DNA of 64,000 nucleotides from positions 1,344,001 through 1,408,000 of the forward strand of contig CAXXIA010000002.1 of assembly GCA_963666985.2 (NCBI GenBank), given 5' to 3'. Within the stretch, counting starts at the first letter, position 1, and each line of letters opens with the position of its first letter. Positions 16,971-27,005 of the stretch are shown one piece after another. The notes beneath the pieces were generated by a model. That model was not told where the DNA came from. It did not search any database and saw only the letters and a list, made by a program, of their open reading frames with translations. Position numbers and translations under genes: made by a program. The DNA is from Spirochaetia bacterium. GTDB taxonomy: Bacteria > Spirochaetota > Spirochaetia > DSM-2461.

Positions 16971-17408
16971 TTAGAAATAAATCATATATTGCTCTAATTT
17001 TTTCCTGGTTTCATCGGTTATTGAGACGGGTTTTCTTGTTATTTCACTTATTTGAACCAGGACCGATTCGGCCGTTGCCGATAAAACTCCGTCTTGATAA
17101 ATCGCTTGAAACAAAACCAAGGAACTGTTCCCGATCTTCTTTACGCCTGTTCCAATATCCGCGATTCCCGGCCAGTGCATTTCCGAAAGGAATGTCTTGT
17201 TCATATTGGCGATTACAAAACTGCACTTTTCCTCCGTCAGGGGATTATTTGTGTCATTAAAAAGTTCCGCTCTGCCCGTCTCAAAAAAAGTGGAAAAAAT
17301 TGCATTATTGACATGACCCAAAAGCCCTATATCTCTATAACGAATTTTATCAAATGATTTTTTTGGAAAAACTTCGATTGATACGTTTTTTATATCGATT
17401 CCGCTCAT
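16971..17408 (-). CDS. Acyl-CoA thioesterase (4HBT/YbgC hot-dog family)
   Basis: 'IRYRDIGLLGHVNNAIFSTFFETGR', 'KIGNSS'; G at the usual catalytic Asp position of DxDxxGHVNN. Confidence 0.88.
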   Translation of the reverse strand: MSGIDIKNVSIEVFPKKSFDKIRYRDIGLLGHVNNAIFSTFFETGRAELFNDTNNPLTEEKCSFVIANMNKTFLSEMHWPGIADIGTGVKKIGNSSLVLFQAIYQDGVLSATAESVLVQISEITRKPVSITDETRKKLEQYMIYF

Positions 17409-17466
17409 ATTTCTCTTCCTTAATATTATCACAAGCTTATGCTTTTAAGTCCCTTTGATATAGAAC

Positions 17467-18084
17467 TCAATTCCCGGCAAAAACAGATAAATAGGCATTC
17501 TTTATTATCTGCTTATGAAAAGACTCTTCTCCCTGATAAAGAATTGAATGCCCCCCGAACGCCATGAAGGATTCCGTGTTCTCCCGGTTATCATCAATAA
17601 GAAGAGACTGATTGATTTCCTGTGAGTCAATGAGTTCTTGGGCCGCCATCTTACATAACACGACTTTATCGGTAATCCCTATCTCCGCAGAACTGATTAC
17701 GGCATCAAAGTAAGATCCCAACTGAAAATAAGGAACAATTTTTTGATGGAACAGATCACTGTTAATAGTCACTATCGCGGTTTTGACTTCTTTTCTAATT
17801 TTTTGAGAAAAATGCCATACTTGAGAATTCCACTCAATTTTTTCCAATCCTTTGATTGTTATTGCTTTGATGTCCTCTTTTGAATAGTTAATATTACATG
17901 AAAGATACTCAAAGACCTGATCACTTTCTTTCCGCCCACTCATCCATGGGATTTCCCATAATTCATTATTAGGAGGCTTAAAGAGAAGCTGAGAAATCTG
18001 TTTCCGAACATCTATTGGAAAAGAAGAAAAGTACACATTAGGTGTCAGGGTTTTAAAGAAATCAAAGAAAATGAGTTTATACAT
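17467..18084 (-). CDS. HAD-superfamily hydrolase
   Basis: 'LIFFDFFKTL', 'IVTIN', 'VISSAEIGITDK', 'LLIDDNREN'. Confidence 0.8.
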   Translation of the reverse strand: MYKLIFFDFFKTLTPNVYFSSFPIDVRKQISQLLFKPPNNELWEIPWMSGRKESDQVFEYLSCNINYSKEDIKAITIKGLEKIEWNSQVWHFSQKIRKEVKTAIVTINSDLFHQKIVPYFQLGSYFDAVISSAEIGITDKVVLCKMAAQELIDSQEINQSLLIDDNRENTESFMAFGGHSILYQGEESFHKQIIKNAYLSVFAGN

Positions 18085-18113
18085 ATCGTTATTCCAAATA
18101 AACGGTTACCGCA

Positions 18114-18917
18114 TTACCAATGGAAAGCTACGGCCCGCTTCCCCGCTATGTAATCGTTAAAAATGATTTCTCCTTGAGAATCGGAAAGACCTGCGCACAC
18201 ATGAAGAGGAAGCAAATGCTCTTCTCTGGGATGGCAGTATCTTGCATGCGGTGCGTTAACCCAATTCTCAAGTTCCTGCGAACGCTTATCCATGTCCGCA
18301 TTTTCCGCACAAACATGAATAAGCCAATCCTGAAATTCATCGTTGTACCGATCAGTTTCATCAATTTCATTCATGGTAAAGAATCTCATATTATGGAAAG
18401 AAAAGCCTGATCCGATAATCAGGATATTTCTATTTAACAATGGACGTAAAGCTTTTCCCAATTCAAGATGATTCAAGGGATTTAAACCGCGCTGCAGTGA
18501 CAACTGAGTCACAGGGATATTTCCTTCCGGATACATTATCTTCAGCGGAATAAAAACTCCATGATCCAACCCTCTGCGGGTATCCGATCGAACAGGGATT
18601 CCTTTCCGGGCTAAAGACTTCTGCAGGATGCTTACAAGATCCGGATTCCCTTTTGTAGAATATTGGATTTCGTAGGATTCCGGCGGAAAGCCGTAATAAT
18701 CATATAAAAGTGTTTGATTCGCCGCACTGTAAATCGTAGGAACTTCTTCTTCCCAATGGGCACTGACGACAAGAATCTCATCGGGGGTTTTTAAACTTCT
18801 TGGTAAGTCCCGAAGAAATTGAACCATCTTCTCATGGCTTTTATCTCCCAGAAGAGGCAGCGGCCCTCCGCCATGAGAAATATAAATTATATCGTAAGAA
18901 TTATGATTGGAAGTCAT
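18114..18917 (-). CDS. DODA/LigB-type extradiol ring-cleavage dioxygenase family protein
   Basis: 'YISHGGGP', 'VSAHWE', 'YDYYGFP', 'RGLDHG', 'GSGFSFHN', 'HPREEHLLPL'. Confidence 0.93.
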   Translation of the reverse strand: MTSNHNSYDIIYISHGGGPLPLLGDKSHEKMVQFLRDLPRSLKTPDEILVVSAHWEEEVPTIYSAANQTLLYDYYGFPPESYEIQYSTKGNPDLVSILQKSLARKGIPVRSDTRRGLDHGVFIPLKIMYPEGNIPVTQLSLQRGLNPLNHLELGKALRPLLNRNILIIGSGFSFHNMRFFTMNEIDETDRYNDEFQDWLIHVCAENADMDKRSQELENWVNAPHARYCHPREEHLLPLHVCAGLSDSQGEIIFNDYIAGKRAVAFHW

Positions 18918-19007
18918 GAATATAGCTTCCTACCTTATTCCAAGTTTATCAAGTCATATAATACGTTTTTGGAGATATATCTAAATTTGAATATCTCTAT
19001 TCAAGAC

Positions 19008-19044
19008 AAAAAAGGATGTCCGTCATTTTCATGAAGACATCCTT
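19008..19044 (-). terminator. Intrinsic terminator of the amidohydrolase/DUF5058 operon
   Basis: aaggatgtc...gacatcctt inverted repeat with an A-run at 19008-19013 (U-tract on the minus strand). Confidence 0.65.
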
Positions 19045-19093
19045 AATTTTTTCCTAAAACTCATCAAACCGGCGGATTGAGGGATTAAGATTC

Positions 19094-19798
19094 CTAAGAA
19101 GATTTCTTCTCAACAGGAATCATTTTAATAAAGCCTTTTTTGTAAAGGAAATAAGCACAGCCTAAAATAACGGGCATGGCAACTAAAATCGCAAATCCTT
19201 CTTTTCCGGCAAGAGGATAAATAAAGAGATGAATTACCGTTACCAAAACAATCGGAAGAATAATACTCTTCAATTTGCCTTTTGCCACGTAATCACCACA
19301 GCTTTCATTCAGCATTCCAAGGAACAATGCACCGAATATGGACGGCAGCATATAGCGTGTAGCCGTTTGAATGGCCGGTGTGGATAAGAGCGGCTGGAGC
19401 GGAACCAACAGTAAAACGCCCAAAGTAATCAATATTGTGGTAATAACAGCCGATGTCGCGACAGCCACCGTAGCCACCACGTCTCCTTCATCGCTTCCCT
19501 CTGAAACTCCGGCCTTGGACATCGCGCTGATCGCACAGGGCAATTTCAGATTGATCACATTGCCGGTTAAGAATGTAATATATGCGGAAGATCCCAGCAT
19601 CGGCGTATAACTGAACACTTCGGTAATCGTATAAGGCAAAAATAAAAGCAATAATCCGGAACCGGCCTGTATCACATCCATAAGAGACGGCCAAATATGA
19701 TTAACGGAGCAAATAATAACCGGAATCCCGAACATAAAGGCGATACCGATAATAACACCGATTCGACCGATCAGATGGGTTGCGTTTTCGTATTTCAT
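19094..19798 (-). CDS. Integral membrane protein; partner of the DUF5058-type protein
   Basis: Highly hydrophobic; 'EVFSYTPMLG..AYITFLTGNVINLKLPCA' motif. Confidence 0.8.
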   Translation of the reverse strand: MKYENATHLIGRIGVIIGIAFMFGIPVIICSVNHIWPSLMDVIQAGSGLLLLFLPYTITEVFSYTPMLGSSAYITFLTGNVINLKLPCAISAMSKAGVSEGSDEGDVVATVAVATSAVITTILITLGVLLLVPLQPLLSTPAIQTATRYMLPSIFGALFLGMLNESCGDYVAKGKLKSIILPIVLVTVIHLFIYPLAGKEGFAILVAMPVILGCAYFLYKKGFIKMIPVEKKSS

Positions 19799-19811
19799 AG
19801 ATTTTCTCCTT

Positions 19812-20531
19812 TCAGCTAAACAATTTGACCCAGATAAGGGAAGATGCCATACCCAAAATCAGCGAATCGGCCATGATGAAATTCCCAAGCCAACTCCATC
19901 CCAATTTCTTAATAACGATTTTATGAAGAAAGGCTACAAGGGCGGAGGTTAGCAAAACTCCTACGTACACGGCTCCTTTGGAAACCTGAATGGGAAGAAA
20001 AACCACTATCATCGCCAATGAAATGCTGCTGGTCGCGAGGATTCCCCACGGACCGTTCTTCTTGCGAAATTTAGCGAGATTGGTTTGTATTGCTTTGCCG
20101 AATATTAGAACCGTAACAAGACCGCCCATAATACACATACTCATTACGAACATTACGGGACCGACCAATTCAGGAACATTGGCGTTTGCCAATGCACCGA
20201 TCGATTCAAATCCAGCACCGGTCGCAACCATATCCGCGGCCATCAATTCATAAACAACGGATCCCACAACCGACAAACGGAACCACGACCAAGGTATTCC
20301 GATTACCGTGGATAGCGTAAACATTCCGATTATGATTGCAATGGACGGCACCAGAGAATACACGGCGGAGGATTTTACGGTATCTTTCATCACCGTTTTG
20401 CTTATTCCCAACGCAAGTCCTCTCCTGTAAGAACGAACAAGAGTAAAGACACTGAAGGCGAGAATGGAAACAATTCCGATAATAACCAGTACATACATCA
20501 ATCCGCTGTTAAAGATATCCATGTACGTCAT
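19812..20531 (-). CDS. DUF5058-type membrane protein
   Basis: 'SSAVYSLVPSIAI...G.PWSWFRLSVVGSVVYELMAA' motif; about 7 TM helices. Confidence 0.78.
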   Translation of the reverse strand: MTYMDIFNSGLMYVLVIIGIVSILAFSVFTLVRSYRRGLALGISKTVMKDTVKSSAVYSLVPSIAIIIGMFTLSTVIGIPWSWFRLSVVGSVVYELMAADMVATGAGFESIGALANANVPELVGPVMFVMSMCIMGGLVTVLIFGKAIQTNLAKFRKKNGPWGILATSSISLAMIVVFLPIQVSKGAVYVGVLLTSALVAFLHKIVIKKLGWSWLGNFIMADSLILGMASSLIWVKLFS

Positions 20532-20536
20532 TTTGC

Positions 20537-21970
20537 CTAATCTCCTTTTTCTTTTATTTCATCAATCGGGGAAAGATATTTTCCTCCGGTATGCTTAAAG
20601 AGTTCCGCCTTTGCTTCCTCGGCAATCTCAGGATTCAGCATAACTCTAACCGCGGCCAAAGCCATGGCTTTCCCCGCAGCAGCGGCGGCTTTGCTCCCGA
20701 TTGACGTTCCGACTTGAGCCGTTAGCTGCCATGTATGAAAAGGTGTACCGGGAATCCCCACGGCGGCCATCAGCTGAGCGGTTGGAACTTTATAGCTGAC
20801 ATCACCGACATCACTGGAACTGATCATAACCATACTCATGGTTTCAGGATTAAACGGCGCCACACCGACGCATAAAGGTTTCCGTTCAAATTCCGCTTCG
20901 GACAGACCTTCCGCCGCGGCCGATTTCTTCACCAATGCTTTCCGTTCTTCCTCCGGAACTATCGACAAAAACCTTCTTCCGATTTCATATTCCGGCTCAT
21001 CGAAATCCGGGCCGCCGGTCTCTTGGAAGGCATCGGAAAGAACCTGCGCCAATGCCGCATTGGGAATAAGATCGTTCATTCCACCCAATACTTGTACTTC
21101 GGCGGCCGTTCCGGTCATTAACGCGGCCCCCTTTGCGATGTCTTTAATTCGAGTAAGAATTTCCGCACTCAGTTCAAGCTTCGGAGCTCTGATGAAATAG
21201 AGAAGAGACGCATGATCCTGCACCACATTGGGAGCTTCACCGCCGGCATCCAAATAAGCATAGTGAACCCTTGCTTCGGGAATGATATGCTCCCGCAGAT
21301 AATTAACGCCGACATTCATCAATTCACACGCATCCAGAGCGCTTCTGCCCAATTGCGGAGAAACCGCGGCATGAGAACTTTTGCCTTTAAAAGAAAATTT
21401 CACACTGTAGTAAGCGACATTACGGACGGCTATGGTTCCATTACAGTCTCCGGGATGCCATGTGAATACCGAATCAAGATCTTCAAAACAGCCCGCTTTC
21501 AGCATGAAAACTTTTCCGTAGCCGTTTTCTTCCGCCGGACATCCGAAAATTTTTACCGTTCCGGAAATTTTATTTTGAACCAGGTAACTCTTTACCGCGA
21601 TGGCCGCAGCCAGAGAACCGGCACCTAAAGCGCTATGGCCGCAGCCGTGACCGTATTCTTTCTCTTCATCAGCCGGTGTCTTTTTTTCCGAACCGGCTTT
21701 TTGACTCAGTCCGGGCAAAGCGTCATATTCGGCCAAGATTCCGATAATCGGGCCGCCATCACCGTAACTGCCGACAAAAGCCGTTGAAATATCAGCTATT
21801 CCCCTCTCTACGGAAAAACCTTCTTCCTCCAAGACTCGGCACAGTAACGCGGCACTCTTCTCTTCATGATAACCGTACTCGGCAAAGGTCCATATTCGTT
21901 CGTTTACCTTTGCTATAAGCTCCCGCTTCTCATCGATGACGCTACAAATAAAATCTTTGACATGCATCAT
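20537..21970 (-). CDS. M20 family amidohydrolase, AbgB-like
   Basis: 'AEYDALPGLSQ', 'GHGCGH', 'GCPAEE', 'TWHP', 'GRSALDACELMNVGVNYLREHI', 'SSDVGDVS'. Confidence 0.93.
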   Translation of the reverse strand: MMHVKDFICSVIDEKRELIAKVNERIWTFAEYGYHEEKSAALLCRVLEEEGFSVERGIADISTAFVGSYGDGGPIIGILAEYDALPGLSQKAGSEKKTPADEEKEYGHGCGHSALGAGSLAAAIAVKSYLVQNKISGTVKIFGCPAEENGYGKVFMLKAGCFEDLDSVFTWHPGDCNGTIAVRNVAYYSVKFSFKGKSSHAAVSPQLGRSALDACELMNVGVNYLREHIIPEARVHYAYLDAGGEAPNVVQDHASLLYFIRAPKLELSAEILTRIKDIAKGAALMTGTAAEVQVLGGMNDLIPNAALAQVLSDAFQETGGPDFDEPEYEIGRRFLSIVPEEERKALVKKSAAAEGLSEAEFERKPLCVGVAPFNPETMSMVMISSSDVGDVSYKVPTAQLMAAVGIPGTPFHTWQLTAQVGTSIGSKAAAAAGKAMALAAVRVMLNPEIAEEAKAELFKHTGGKYLSPIDEIKEKGD

Positions 21971-22137
21971 TTCGTCCTACAGTTTTCGTCTTTTTTTTCA
22001 AGAAACATTGCCTCCACTGAAATATGTTTAAGCATTTTCGACACATTCGGATCAGAAGCATTTGAAATATGAACGGTATTATAGAATGCGTTTTTCAACC
22101 GATTCAATGTGCGAAAGAACGAAATATTTATTGTAAT

Positions 22138-22153
22138 TTGTGCACTTGTTCAA
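22138..22153. promoter_or_regulatory. Candidate PucR/CdaR-family site
   Basis: ttgtgca-ct-tgttcaa imperfect palindrome between the divergent amidohydrolase and PucR genes. Confidence 0.4.
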
Positions 22154-22216
22154 TTGGCATTTCGTTCGCTATTAAGTATTCTTTTACACAAGCATTTTCG
22201 GCAAAGATGAGGGTGT

Positions 22217-23449
22217 ATGGAAAATATGCATGCGGCTCTTTTTGAAGCCGTACATAGCGGAAGTCATCAGAATATCACGAAAGTTGCGTATGAAATATTG
22301 AAGCGTCCGTTATTTATTTCCGATTCCCAATGCCGTCCCGTAGATCTTTATCCAAAAGCCCCAATCGGAGATGAGATTTGGGATAGGAACCTAACCCTCG
22401 AAGTAATGGATTTGGATTTTTTTATGCAGCATCAGAAGTATGATGTTATCAATATTTTTCGAAGCGCCCGGGAACCTGTACTGATTCCCGGGGATGCCGG
22501 CCGTGCATCCACTATGACGGTTGGTGTTTTTGTTGATGGGATTTTCAAAGGTGCTCTCAGTGTTTACTGCCCTAAAGGAGACTCGGATAATTTTTACACC
22601 GAGAACATAGAAAATCTAAAAAACGTTGCAAAAGCATACAGTATTTATTTCCGTTATAAGAATGTCGATCCCGCGGATGTTCGCGCAATGCATACTCCGT
22701 TTCTCACGGCTCTGCACAATGACGAAATAAAGGATATTCGTCATTTGGAATTCTGTATGAGCAAAATATCATTCGATTTTCATGCGGATTATTGTATTCT
22801 CGCCATGAAACCGGGGCACTTCAGCTCTCTTCTGGACAAGCATTTACAGGAACTTTCCGTTATTCAGCCTTTATTCATGTTTGTTTCCATCGATACCATC
22901 TCTTACATTCTTGTTACTCGAGTTACGGAAAAACGAATTCAAAACAACTCAATCATAAGGGGACTTCTTGCCGCTTCTGAAAAGTTAAACCTCAGCATAG
23001 GAGCAAGTCGTCGTTTCTTTTCCCTGTTTCATTCTTCAGATTTCTTTTATCAGGCCCGACGTGCATTGGAATTAAGTTCCGAACAAGGTGAACCGGCTGT
23101 ATTGCGGCAATATGAAGATTACGCCGTACAGGATATTTCAAAATGCTTTGAAGGTCATAAATATACACGTGCCATGATTCATCCGGCTTTGTTTCTTCTT
23201 GAAGAATATGATGTTAGCAACAATACCGAATACTTAAAAACAATCTATTATTATATTCATTCATTCTGTAATGCAACCAATGTTAATAATCGCTTATGCA
23301 CACATCGTAATACGCTTTTTTATCGCTTGAAGCGAATAGAAGAACTGACGGAAATCAATCTGCACGATGAAAAGACTTGTATCCATCTTTTACTAAGTTT
23401 CCAGATTCAACATAACTGGAAAGGTTTGGATACCATACCGTCGACATAG
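22217..23449 (+). CDS. PucR/CdaR family transcriptional regulator
   Basis: C-terminal 'EYD...TEYLKT...HRNTLFYRLKRIEELT' HTH; TA of the usual motif is replaced. Confidence 0.9.
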   Translation: MENMHAALFEAVHSGSHQNITKVAYEILKRPLFISDSQCRPVDLYPKAPIGDEIWDRNLTLEVMDLDFFMQHQKYDVINIFRSAREPVLIPGDAGRASTMTVGVFVDGIFKGALSVYCPKGDSDNFYTENIENLKNVAKAYSIYFRYKNVDPADVRAMHTPFLTALHNDEIKDIRHLEFCMSKISFDFHADYCILAMKPGHFSSLLDKHLQELSVIQPLFMFVSIDTISYILVTRVTEKRIQNNSIIRGLLAASEKLNLSIGASRRFFSLFHSSDFFYQARRALELSSEQGEPAVLRQYEDYAVQDISKCFEGHKYTRAMIHPALFLLEEYDVSNNTEYLKTIYYYIHSFCNATNVNNRLCTHRNTLFYRLKRIEELTEINLHDEKTCIHLLLSFQIQHNWKGLDTIPST

Positions 23450-23479
23450 TTCTTTCTTTTCAATTCAAGGAGATTCTTT

Positions 23480-24730
23480 TTGCAAAATAAATGTTCTTAT
23501 TACCCATGGCTTGTGCTTTTAGCCTGCTGTGGAATGGTTGCGGGTATCTCAGGCATTATCCCAAACTGTACCGGAATTTTCTTTGAGCCTGTTGCGAACA
23601 GTCTTCAGGTTGGCCGCGGAGATATATCCTTTTACTTTACAATTTTTGGGCTCGCGGGAGCTCTTTGTGCTCCTTTTGCCGGATACATCATTCATAAAAT
23701 AAATATTAAATTCTTATTGTCTTTTGGAATTCTGCTCGATGTTATCGCTATCTGGCTGATGTCTCTTTATCATAATATTTGGCAATTTTATTTATCCGGA
23801 TTTCTTTTGGGATGCGGTTACAGTATTTCTTCACAGATGGCCGTTTCTGTACTGATAAACAACTGGTTTCATAAGCGCCACGGCTTGGCGATGGGGATTA
23901 CCATGAGCTGCAGCAGTATATCCGCTATTGTGATGAATCCTGTGCTTAATTCCGTCATCACTACGACCGGATGGCGGGCGGCATATCGTCTTGAAGCGCT
24001 GGTGATTCTTTTATTGGCATTACCCGGAGTTCTCTTTGTTATCCGTATGTATCCGTCCGACATCGGACTTGCTCCTTACGGCGGAACAATGGATATGTAT
24101 CAGCCGGCCGCTTTACCGAAATCAAAAAACGCTCCCTTACGAAAAATACCGGCCCTATCAAGAGCCTTTCTTCTTGTATTGACATTTGCATTTCTCTATT
24201 CCATCAGCATGAGCTTTCTTAATCATTTATCCGGACATGCCACATCGGTCGGGCTTACCTCGGCCATGGGTGCGACAATGATTTCCGTTGCTATGGCGGG
24301 AGCTTTTGCCGGGAAATTGTGTATGGGAGGATTGAGCGACCACATTGGGGTTATGAAAACTTTTTCCTTATTCATAGGGGCGGGAATTATCGGACTGCTC
24401 GGCTTTCTGGCAATCGGAACGGCTGGAAAATATTTATCGATACTCTTTGCGCTGCTGTATGGACTTATGTACGCCTGTCTCCTTGTAGGAATGCCGCTTC
24501 TGGTGAGAAGCATATTTGGAGATACGCAGTTCAGTATTTACTACTCTTACATCGGCATTGCATGCAGCATCGGCTACGCGATGGGTTTTCCTTTGGTCGG
24601 CTACACCTATGATGCACTCGACAGCTATGTTCCCGCGATCATCGGTATTACCTGCTGTACCGCAATTTCCCTCTTGTTATTGCAAGTATTGGGGCGGAAA
24701 GTGAAAAAACCGTTTCATGGGAAGGCATAG
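23480..24730 (+). CDS. MFS transporter (OFA/MCT-like)
   Basis: About 12 TM helices; 'INNWFHKRHGLAMG', 'GGLSDHIG', 'GYTYDALDSY'; TTG start after an aaggag RBS. Confidence 0.9.
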   Translation: MQNKCSYYPWLVLLACCGMVAGISGIIPNCTGIFFEPVANSLQVGRGDISFYFTIFGLAGALCAPFAGYIIHKINIKFLLSFGILLDVIAIWLMSLYHNIWQFYLSGFLLGCGYSISSQMAVSVLINNWFHKRHGLAMGITMSCSSISAIVMNPVLNSVITTTGWRAAYRLEALVILLLALPGVLFVIRMYPSDIGLAPYGGTMDMYQPAALPKSKNAPLRKIPALSRAFLLVLTFAFLYSISMSFLNHLSGHATSVGLTSAMGATMISVAMAGAFAGKLCMGGLSDHIGVMKTFSLFIGAGIIGLLGFLAIGTAGKYLSILFALLYGLMYACLLVGMPLLVRSIFGDTQFSIYYSYIGIACSIGYAMGFPLVGYTYDALDSYVPAIIGITCCTAISLLLLQVLGRKVKKPFHGKA

Positions 24731-24865
24731 CATGAAACATAAAGATCCGCCCCGCCGCCGGAGACAAAGAGATAATTTATTCGACCTCCGATTCCAAAGT
24801 ACGGAGAAGTCGATACGAAACTGATTAAGCCAACAATTGGATAAATAATCTTCAGGAGAAAAACC

Positions 24866-25846
24866 ATGAAACGAAAAATTGAAAAGTTGAACATCGAAAC
24901 ATCGGCCTTGGGGATGGGCTGCTGGGCAATCGGCGGAGAATGGGATTTCCTCGGGACACCTGCCGGCTGGGGAACAACCGATGACGCCGAATCCATCAAA
25001 GCCCTGGAGGCGGCATACGATCATGGGATTCGGCTCTTCGACACCGCGGCGAATTACGGCATTGGGCACAGCGAAGAATTGGTGGGAAAAGCCTTGGCGA
25101 AAAAGCGCCGAGAATGCGTCATTACCACCAAATTCGGCTATAACCTGCAAAAAGATCGAAACAACGTCGGCGTCTACGGAGAACGGGCCGACGATTCCGA
25201 TGTGCTCTCACATTTACGAAAGGATTGCGAAAACAGTCTCCGCAGATTGGGAACCGATTATATCGATGTCTTTTTCCTCCATATTGGAAATTATGATTCC
25301 AATTTGGCCCTGAATCTTGTTCCGGTCCTTGAGAAGTTGATTGAAGAAGGAAAAATAAGAAGTTACGGATGGAGTACGGATGATGCTCGGCGCGTTATCC
25401 CATTGGCCGATCAGCCCGGATTCTCATCGGTACAGATGAATTTCAACATCGCCTCGGCCGCCCGGGAAATGATAACTCTTTGTGAAGAGAAGCAGCTCGC
25501 CGCGTTCAATCGCGGTCCGCTGGCCATGGGCTTTCTTACCGGGAAATACTCCCATGAGTCTCAATTCCCCGAATCCGATGTTCGAAATGCCGCTTGGGTT
25601 CAGAATGGATTCAGAAAACCGGTATTGGACAAACTGGATGCACTCAAGGAGATACTTGTCGCGAAAGGACGAACTCCGGCCCAAGGGGCATTAGCCTGGA
25701 TTTGGGCAAAAAGTGAAAGGACTTTACCGATTCCGGGAATAAGGACCGTTAAACAAGCCGAAGAAAATGCGAAGGCTATGGGATTCGGCCCTTTAAGCTC
25801 CGAGGAACTCCATCAGATTGAAATCATTATGGGAAGGGACGTTTAA
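24866..25846 (+). CDS. Aldo/keto reductase
   Basis: 'LGMGCWAIGG', 'FDTAANYG.GHSE', 'TKFG', 'SLRRLGTDYID', 'PIPG'. Confidence 0.95.
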   Translation: MKRKIEKLNIETSALGMGCWAIGGEWDFLGTPAGWGTTDDAESIKALEAAYDHGIRLFDTAANYGIGHSEELVGKALAKKRRECVITTKFGYNLQKDRNNVGVYGERADDSDVLSHLRKDCENSLRRLGTDYIDVFFLHIGNYDSNLALNLVPVLEKLIEEGKIRSYGWSTDDARRVIPLADQPGFSSVQMNFNIASAAREMITLCEEKQLAAFNRGPLAMGFLTGKYSHESQFPESDVRNAAWVQNGFRKPVLDKLDALKEILVAKGRTPAQGALAWIWAKSERTLPIPGIRTVKQAEENAKAMGFGPLSSEELHQIEIIMGRDV

Positions 25847-25850
25847 TAAC

Positions 25851-27005
25851 TCACCGTCCCCGCAGTTCTTCGGTGAGTTTCCGTGCGGCCTCGCCGGTCT
25901 TATTCGGATCGGAGGTATCGGACCAGGCCGCGGCGATAACGTTAACCAAGGCCGAACCGACAATGGCGGCGTCGGCCATCTTAACGACTGCCGCCACCTG
26001 CTCAGGGCGTTGAATACCGAAACCGGCCATCACCTTGGGGCCGCCGCTCCGATTTTCGGCCGCCGAGCTTCCGGCGTTGCCGCCGCTTGTAATTCCGCCG
26101 GCACTTTCGTTTCCCGCACCGTCGCACTCACGGTCCAATTGGCGCCCGCGCAGTTTCATCAAAAAGGATTCCTGCTCGGCTCCCAGTTCGGTGTAAGTGC
26201 CGGTGATGCCGCTCCGAAGAGCCACGTAAATCCAATCAAGCGGCTGGGAGAGAATCTCCTCCAGCCGTGCATCGGTAATCCAGGGCACCACCACCGGAAC
26301 CGCCGGACATCCGGCTTCGGCGGCGGCCTCATACAGTCCTTCGTCGGCCCCCGGGGCCAAATCGGGAATAATCAGCCCGGAAGCTCCGGCCGCCTTCGCC
26401 CGGCGGGAGAACTCGGCCACACCGGGGGTAACAACCAGCGAGGCATAACTCATTATGAAAATGGGGATGTCCAATTCGGCGCGAATTTCAGAGAGAAGCC
26501 GAAAGGCGTCCGAAACGGTAAAGCCGCCCTCCAAGGCCGTGTTGCAGGCGCTTTCAATCACCGGCCCGTCGGCGCTGGGATCCGAAAAGGGAATCTGCAT
26601 TTCCAGGGCAAAGGCGCCGCCGGCGATCAGTCCCCGCGCCACTTCAAGGGAGGCCTCGTAGGTGGGGAAACCGGCGATGAAGTGGGTCACGATTTTCGGA
26701 TCGGAGGCGGCGGATAAACCGCTCGAAAAACCGGCCTTCGCTTCGGCGGCGATGTTAAATCGGCCGCTATTACGATTCCCGCCTTCGGCCGATTCGGCCT
26801 CGGCTCCGGGGTTATCGCCGGCGGGATAGACAGCTTTGCCCGGTCCGCCGATAGTTGCCCCGGCGGCCTCGGCTGTATAACGGCCGGCACCGCCGGTATC
26901 GGGTGTATCGGCCTGCAGCGAAACTCGGCAGGGGAATTGCTCTCCGGCTTCGGGACCCAAGGGCCGTATCGGAGTGCAACGAGAAACGGTCCCGTCAGTC
27001 ATCAT
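25851..27005 (-). CDS. trpA: Tryptophan synthase alpha chain with a ~100 aa N-terminal extension and a ~30 aa loop insert
   Basis: 'EMQIPFSDPSADGPVI', 'IIPDL', 'GITG', 'AGFGI', 'IVGSA'; the ATG overlaps the trpB stop and has a gggagg RBS. Confidence 0.92.
   Translation of the reverse strand: MMTDGTVSRCTPIRPLGPEAGEQFPCRVSLQADTPDTGGAGRYTAEAAGATIGGPGKAVYPAGDNPGAEAESAEGGNRNSGRFNIAAEAKAGFSSGLSAASDPKIVTHFIAGFPTYEASLEVARGLIAGGAFALEMQIPFSDPSADGPVIESACNTALEGGFTVSDAFRLLSEIRAELDIPIFIMSYASLVVTPGVAEFSRRAKAAGASGLIIPDLAPGADEGLYEAAAEAGCPAVPVVVPWITDARLEEILSQPLDWIYVALRSGITGTYTELGAEQESFLMKLRGRQLDRECDGAGNESAGGITSGGNAGSSAAENRSGGPKVMAGFGIQRPEQVAAVVKMADAAIVGSALVNVIAAAWSDTSDPNKTGEAARKLTEELRGR

Noticed and set aside
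18972..18997. gagatat-N12-atatctc inverted repeat upstream of the dioxygenase gene
   Set aside because: Short, in AT-rich DNA, with no cognate regulator nearby; too weak to call.
24732..24824. 30-aa ORF starting 1 nt after the MFS stop as another relay
   Set aside because: It ends about 40 nt before the AKR start with no further link, so the chain is incomplete.
26040..27005. Inteins as the explanation for the in-frame inserts
   Set aside because: No C/S...HN splice-junction motifs or endonuclease motifs; the inserts are short and low-complexity.
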